Of a stretch of 64,000 bases of DNA, positions 58,960 to 64,000 are shown piece by piece. The notes below the pieces were generated by a model, which searched no databases, was not told the DNA's origin, and was given only the letters and a program-made list of their open reading frames with translations. The translations under genes and the position numbers were made by a program. This DNA comes from Guillardia theta CCMP2712 (lineage: Eukaryota > Protista > Cryptophyta), in NCBI RefSeq assembly GCF_000315625.1, contig NW_005434506.1, forward strand, positions 13,190-77,189. The letters run 5' to 3'. The stretch's first letter is position 1; every line of letters starts with the position of its first letter.

Positions 58960-61900
58960 CAATGATGATGACGATGACGATGATGATGACGAAGATAGCG
59001 TGATGGTGATTGATTGTCAACTTTACAGACTCTGTGATGACATGATGCTCAACTCGCAGATGACAAGGCGAGACTTGGAAGCAATAACAAGACTCCAACT
59101 TGACATTATAGCAATGATCGAGCAAGACAAGGGACTACAACAGCAGCAGATCGCGCAACAACGGCATTTCAATCGCAAGGGCAACAACGGCAACTCACAG
59201 TCATGGCTTGAAAGTTCGATGAGTGAGTACGTCGAGGAGGACTCGTGCTACATGTCAGCCGTACAGTCGTTGAACTCGTCTCAGTGGTTCCCGGCGAGGT
59301 CAGGGGGGATGAAGGAGGAGGAGGGGAGGCTAGTGAGGGAGACTTCGTCCTCCTCATCCAGAGATTCGGATAAAGATATCTTCAGGATCGTTTGCGAGGA
59401 TGAAGTAGAGGCTGTTCCCTTGCGAGCAAGAGTTTTGTTTGATGAGGTGAGGAGATGCATGACTTCATTCTCTTCTTCCTTGGTGCTGAGTGTTCTCGTT
59501 TCTACTAGTTTCTTTTGCTTTTCCTTTTCGTTTCTCTTCTTTTCGTTTCTTTTTGTTTCATGTCTATCTGTTTCCTGACCTTGTTTGCCTTTGACTCTTC
59601 TTCTTTTCCCTCCCTTCAGGTTTCTCTCAAGCTCGACGACATCGTCTTGAGCATGGAGCGGGCAAACCTGCACGCTCTGTTCAAATCCAAGAGATCACAA
59701 GACACCCAGGACAGCAGCGCGGGAGCAGCAGCAGCAGTAGACACCATCTGGCTACACACCTCAAGGGTCTGCGCTTCCTTGCAGGAGGACTGTTTCCTTG
59801 GACCGTTGCAGGACGTTAGCGAAGAGTTTCGTCCGAGCTCGAGCGCGATGCGAGCTCGCGGCTGCCATGCGGAGCCTGTGGAGGAGAGCAAGACGAGCTC
59901 CTCAGTGTTCTTCAAGTTGACCAGAACGTCGGAGCTCGCACACAAGGAGCATGCAAGCATCTCGTTCACTGCAAGGTGCTGCGGACTTGTCTTTGTCACC
60001 GACATCCTCCAACGGCTGGAACTCCTGGACCCGCTGTTGAAGTCGCTCTCCGAGATGTGGCAAGTTGGCGGAGCGACCAGGGGAAGCAAGCAAGGCCACA
60101 ACACACCTCCTCCTCTTCCTCCTCCTCCTCCTCCTCCTTCTTTACAGTCGCTGCAAGCAAACATCGACGTGCTGGATACTTGCGTCCTTGCTATCTCCCA
60201 TGCACAGAATGCGAACGATACAGCGTCCAAGATGGAGGAGGAGGTGGTGGAGGAGGAGGAGGACGAAGAGGAGGAAGAGATTCTAGGAAGCAGGAAAAGG
60301 ATTCGACTCATGACCATTGTGTCAAGGGTTTCCCTCGATTTCTCCTCCTCCCCCCAAGTTCAGCCTGCCAGGGCCCGGCAGGTTGAGAGCAAGTCAGAGG
60401 AGGTCAAAGTGAAGTTGATATGCCATTCTGATATCGTTCATGTCTTTCTCCTTAACCCCCCTCCACCTGCTCCCCATGCTGCAACCTGCATGCGAGAAAT
60501 CGTCGATTACATGCGCGATTGCGGTATGCCCTTGCCCCTGCCTATGCTCCTCTCTTGCTCTTGCCCTCCTGCTCCATCCCCTGCTCCTACTTCTCCTTCT
60601 AATGTTCCTGCTCCTGCTCCTGCTCGTCCCCCTCCTCTTCCATCTCCTCTTCCGCTTCTCCTCTTCCAAGCATCTAACGTTGTCATGCAGGGCACATCGA
60701 GTTGCTTCACATGTCTTCGTTTCATCTCGATCTCTCGCAAGAGAACAGCAGGGTCACTGTCTGCTTCCTCTCCCTTCCTCGCCGCTGACCTCCCGTCACA
60801 GGTTGATCTCGTTGCCAGTGGCCCTGATGTACAGGTGAGCAGAGGAGCTTCACGCTCCACCTCCCTCCTCCTTCTCCCTCCCTCCCTCCCTCACTCCCTC
60901 CCTCCTCCTTCTCCCTCCCTCCCTCCCTCCCTCCCTCCCTTCCTCCATATTTCTCTCTTTCCGTCCTCATCCTCATCTTCATCCTCATCCTCATCCTCAT
61001 CCTCATCCTCATCCTCGCTCTCCCTCTAGGTCTCACCTTGTCCTCTACTTGTCTAGCTCAGCGGCTGACTTCCTCTCAGTTCGGGGCGTGTGTTGACAGT
61101 CTCAACTCGCTCCTGCTCTTCTCTCAGTCTCCTCTCGTCACGCACTTGCTCTCCTTCAAGTCTCCTCCTTCTGAGCAAGACAGTGGGAGGAAAGTCAGCA
61201 GGGCGAGAAGGATGGAGGCCCAGCAAGAGGAGGAGGAGGAGGAAGACTGGGAGCCCATCCACACGGGGGATGTCGAGGAGAGGATGCTCCGCGAAAGCGT
61301 TGTGAAGCTGTTCTCCTCCTCCTCCTCCCCCCGCCGCAGCCTCCCCTACGACATGGAGGAGGATCACTTCAACAGGGCAAACCTGCGCAGCAGAAGAAGA
61401 GAGAGGAGGGAGAGGAGGGAGAGGAAGCAGCAAGTGAACGTGCTCCTGAGAGACGTTCACGTCTGCCTGCGCCTGTTTGGAGGGGAGGACCTCAGGCATC
61501 GGGGAGAGGCAGGGAGGACGGAGCGAGGAGCGAAGCGAGAGCAGCACCTGCTCATGGCGGAGCTCGGGGACGACGTGGTATCAGTTTCCTCTTGCTCTGG
61601 AAGGAGGAGCGAGAGTCTGGCGCAAGAGAGCTGGAGGCTGAGGGGAGGGAGGGGAAGGCAGGAGGATCGATGGATCGAAGTGTACATGCAGCAGGGCTCT
61701 CTGCAGCTCTCGTCGAGCAAGAGCGGCGGGGCAGGAGAGCAGGAGAAGGAGGATGGGGAAGAGGATGAGTTCAGCTGTCTGCTGACGCTGCACCACCTGG
61801 AGGTATCGGACGGTCTGTTCAAGCCAGCAGCAGGAAGCTCGTCGGAGTTCTCCCTCCTTCTCCACCAGGTTGAGCGTGCAGACGCTTCCAGCAGCGCCAT

Positions 61901-63060
61901 TAGGCATTCCCATGCTCTTCGAGTTGCATTGCGGCAGACTAGCGCCAAGGAGGAGGGAAGGAGGAGGAGAGGAGGACCAGGACCAGGACCAGGAACAGGA
62001 AGGAGGACGTGCGTGACAGTCTCTGCCTGCCCGATGCAGGTCAATCTTCATGAAGTCACGGCAGTCTTCATCATCAAGCTCGTCGAGGCCTTCGAGCAGG
62101 AGAGAGGAATCGCCGCCTCCGCCTCCTCCTCTGAGCTCGACCAAGATTTTGTCAGGGTGGACCTTGACGACTCACATGTCGTGATCGAACGGGGAGGAGG
62201 AGGAGGAGGAGGAGGAGGAGAGGGGCAGACGCTCTCCTTCTTCGTCATCCGCCCGTCCTACCTCAAGCTGAACCTCAAGAGGACGTACGAGGGGGAGCTG
62301 GAGGCGATGGAGACGGAGAAGCTGCTGGGAGGCTACACCGAGCGGCTCGTCAACCTTGTCATGCGCTACCTTGAGGGTCTTCCCGCCTTCTCCCTCCCCG
62401 GCATGCTCGTCGGCTGCGAGGGTGACTTGAGTTCATCCGACCTGCTCTCCCGCTACGCTCGCAGGTGTCAGAAGTCTCTCATCCAACAGTGCCTGGCCGG
62501 ACTCTACAACCGACTCAAGGTCCATCTCCTGCGCCCCCCCCCCTTTTCCTTCCTGCTGCTATTATTTTACTGTGTTTCCTTCACTTTCTCCCGATGTCTT
62601 GGTCCTGCCGCCCCCCCCCCCCGCCCCCTTCCTCCCCTCCTCCTCCTCCTCCTCATCTTCATCCTCACCCTCATCTTCCTGCTCTTGCTCTTGCTCTTGC
62701 TCTCCTCGTTCGTGCTCCGCCCAGTGTCTTTCTTTTCTTTCCCTTCCTTCTAAACTCACACAGCACGCAACAACTCAAATGCATCACTTTCATTCCTCCT
62801 CCTACCTCTCCTCCTTCTAGACTTCGTCCTCTTCCTCTTCCTCTTCCTCTTCCTCTTCCTCTTCCTCTTCCTCTTCCTCTTCCTCTTCCTCTTCCTCAAC
62901 TTTTTCCCAGGTTCCCATCCGAGGCGCATGCCATGGCTTCACTTCAGCTCTCGAGCGGCTGCTGGGGGACAGCAGGAAGCTCCGTGGGGTTCATCGTGGG
63001 CTGCTCTCCTGGTCCCGCGCCCTCGTTCATGCGGCGGCAGCCGCAGCCTCCTCCTCCTAA
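54605..63060 (+). CDS. ATG2: ATG2-like (VPS13/chorein-family lipid-transfer) protein, many exons
   Basis: N-terminus MIPSWIIERFSRSLLNKKLLR-DFLKTELEENQ..GLYLYDLDLRTDTLNATLP (Chorein_N-like); C-region QVNVLLRDVHVCLRLFGGEDL, PMQVNLHEVTAVFIIKL, FFVIRPSYLKLNLK, KLRGVHRGLLSWSRALV resemble ATG2 conserved blocks; includes a gap and local frameshifts. Confidence 0.62.
55015..55114. other. Assembly gap (100 N)
   Basis: Run of N. Confidence 1.
56963..57056. repeat. (CTG)n intronic microsatellite, about 31 units
   Basis: Follows the GTATCT donor in the ATG2-like gene. Confidence 0.93.
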
Positions 63061-63223
63061 GGTTGAGGGACGAGCGGAGAGGAGGGGAGGAGGGGAGGAG
63101 GGGAGGAAGGGGAAGCTAATTGGTACTTGTCCATCATGAAGAAGCTTTTATGATCTACTGAGCGCTTCTCCTGTTCCAGAGTTAAATGAGAAAGCACGAG
63201 CACAAGCACAAGCACGAGCATTA

Positions 63224-63254
<31 letters not shown>

Positions 63255-64000
63255 CAAGAGCTGGAGAAGGAGCGAGAGCAGGAGAAGGAGCAGAAGGAGG
63301 TAGGAGACAGGGAAGGAGCAAGAGAGCAGGCAAGGAGGGAGTGCATGGAAGATTTTGACCGATATCGCCGAAGGACTGAAGTCCAAACTTGGGTTGCATG
63401 CTGCCTTGTGAATTGTTTGCCTGCAAGGGAGATGAGATGAGATGAGATGAGATGAGATGGGATGAGATGAGATGTGATGAGATGTGATGAGATGAGATGA
63501 GATGAGATGAGATGAGATAGGATATGATGTGATGAGATGGAGAGAAGCAAAGGGATGCAGTAAGTGATGGGCTCACAGCAGTCAATGTGGTACATCCAGT
63601 CAGAACAATCTGAGATTATCAAGTTACTTCCAACATTTGCGAGCAACACAACAAAATCAACCAGAGTGTCAACTCCTCCATCATTGCCGAACTTCACGTC
63701 CGTGTCCAACCTGACATCCGGATTACTTGTGATCTACAACCTCACAGAAGTCTCCTCCCTTTCTCTTCCCTTCCGCCCCCTTCCCTTCCCTCTCCACCCC
63801 TCTTCCCTTTCCCCCTCTTCCTACCGATCTCCCACCATCACTGTGCGCTTCTTGTTCATCCCCTGCGCCAAGCTCAGTCCTCTTCCTCCTCCTCTTCCTC
63901 CCCCTCCTCCTCCTCGTACCTTGGAGCTTTCTAGGATGTCCAACATCATCGGGCCTGATTCATCTCAATTCATCAGCTCCTCATGCTTAAACTCCTTCAA
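63057..64000 (-). CDS. 3' exons of an uncharacterised gene entering from the right edge
   Basis: Exons such as LDTDVKFGNDGGVDTLVDFVVLLANVGSNLIISDCSDWMYHIDC and ANNSQGSMQPKFGLQSFGDI separated by repeat-rich introns; stop uncertain. Confidence 0.45.

Overview
Gene-dense eukaryotic nuclear DNA with short GT-AG introns, introns packed with microsatellites, and four 100-N gaps. The bipartite ASAF-type presequence, the LRLRGG-ended presequence, the RWP-RK and SHAQKYF-Myb factors and the overall style suggest an alga with a red-derived secondary plastid, most likely a cryptophyte such as Guillardia theta (inference). Most short ORFs in the track are artefacts of simple repeats. By splicing exons manually I recovered: an MFS transporter, an RWP-RK factor, a presequence-bearing HRDC protein, PRP38 with a C-terminal HIND, a rhodanese with a predicted myristoylation/palmitoylation leader, a Myb factor, a 2OG-Fe(II) oxygenase-GNAT fusion, an uninterrupted HNH endonuclease-Ser/Thr kinase fusion, a disrupted WRN-type 3'-5' exonuclease, SURF1, a plastid-targeted unknown protein, Polycomb EED/FIE and an ATG2-like gene. 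The strongest candidate for a new system is the HNH-kinase locus with its divergent exonuclease neighbour. There is also a recurring intergenic grammar (GC-rich palindromic islands, ACCCC-rich upstream tracts, a dispersed 16-mer) and a 166-bp inverted duplication. All family assignments are by motif recognition, not database search.
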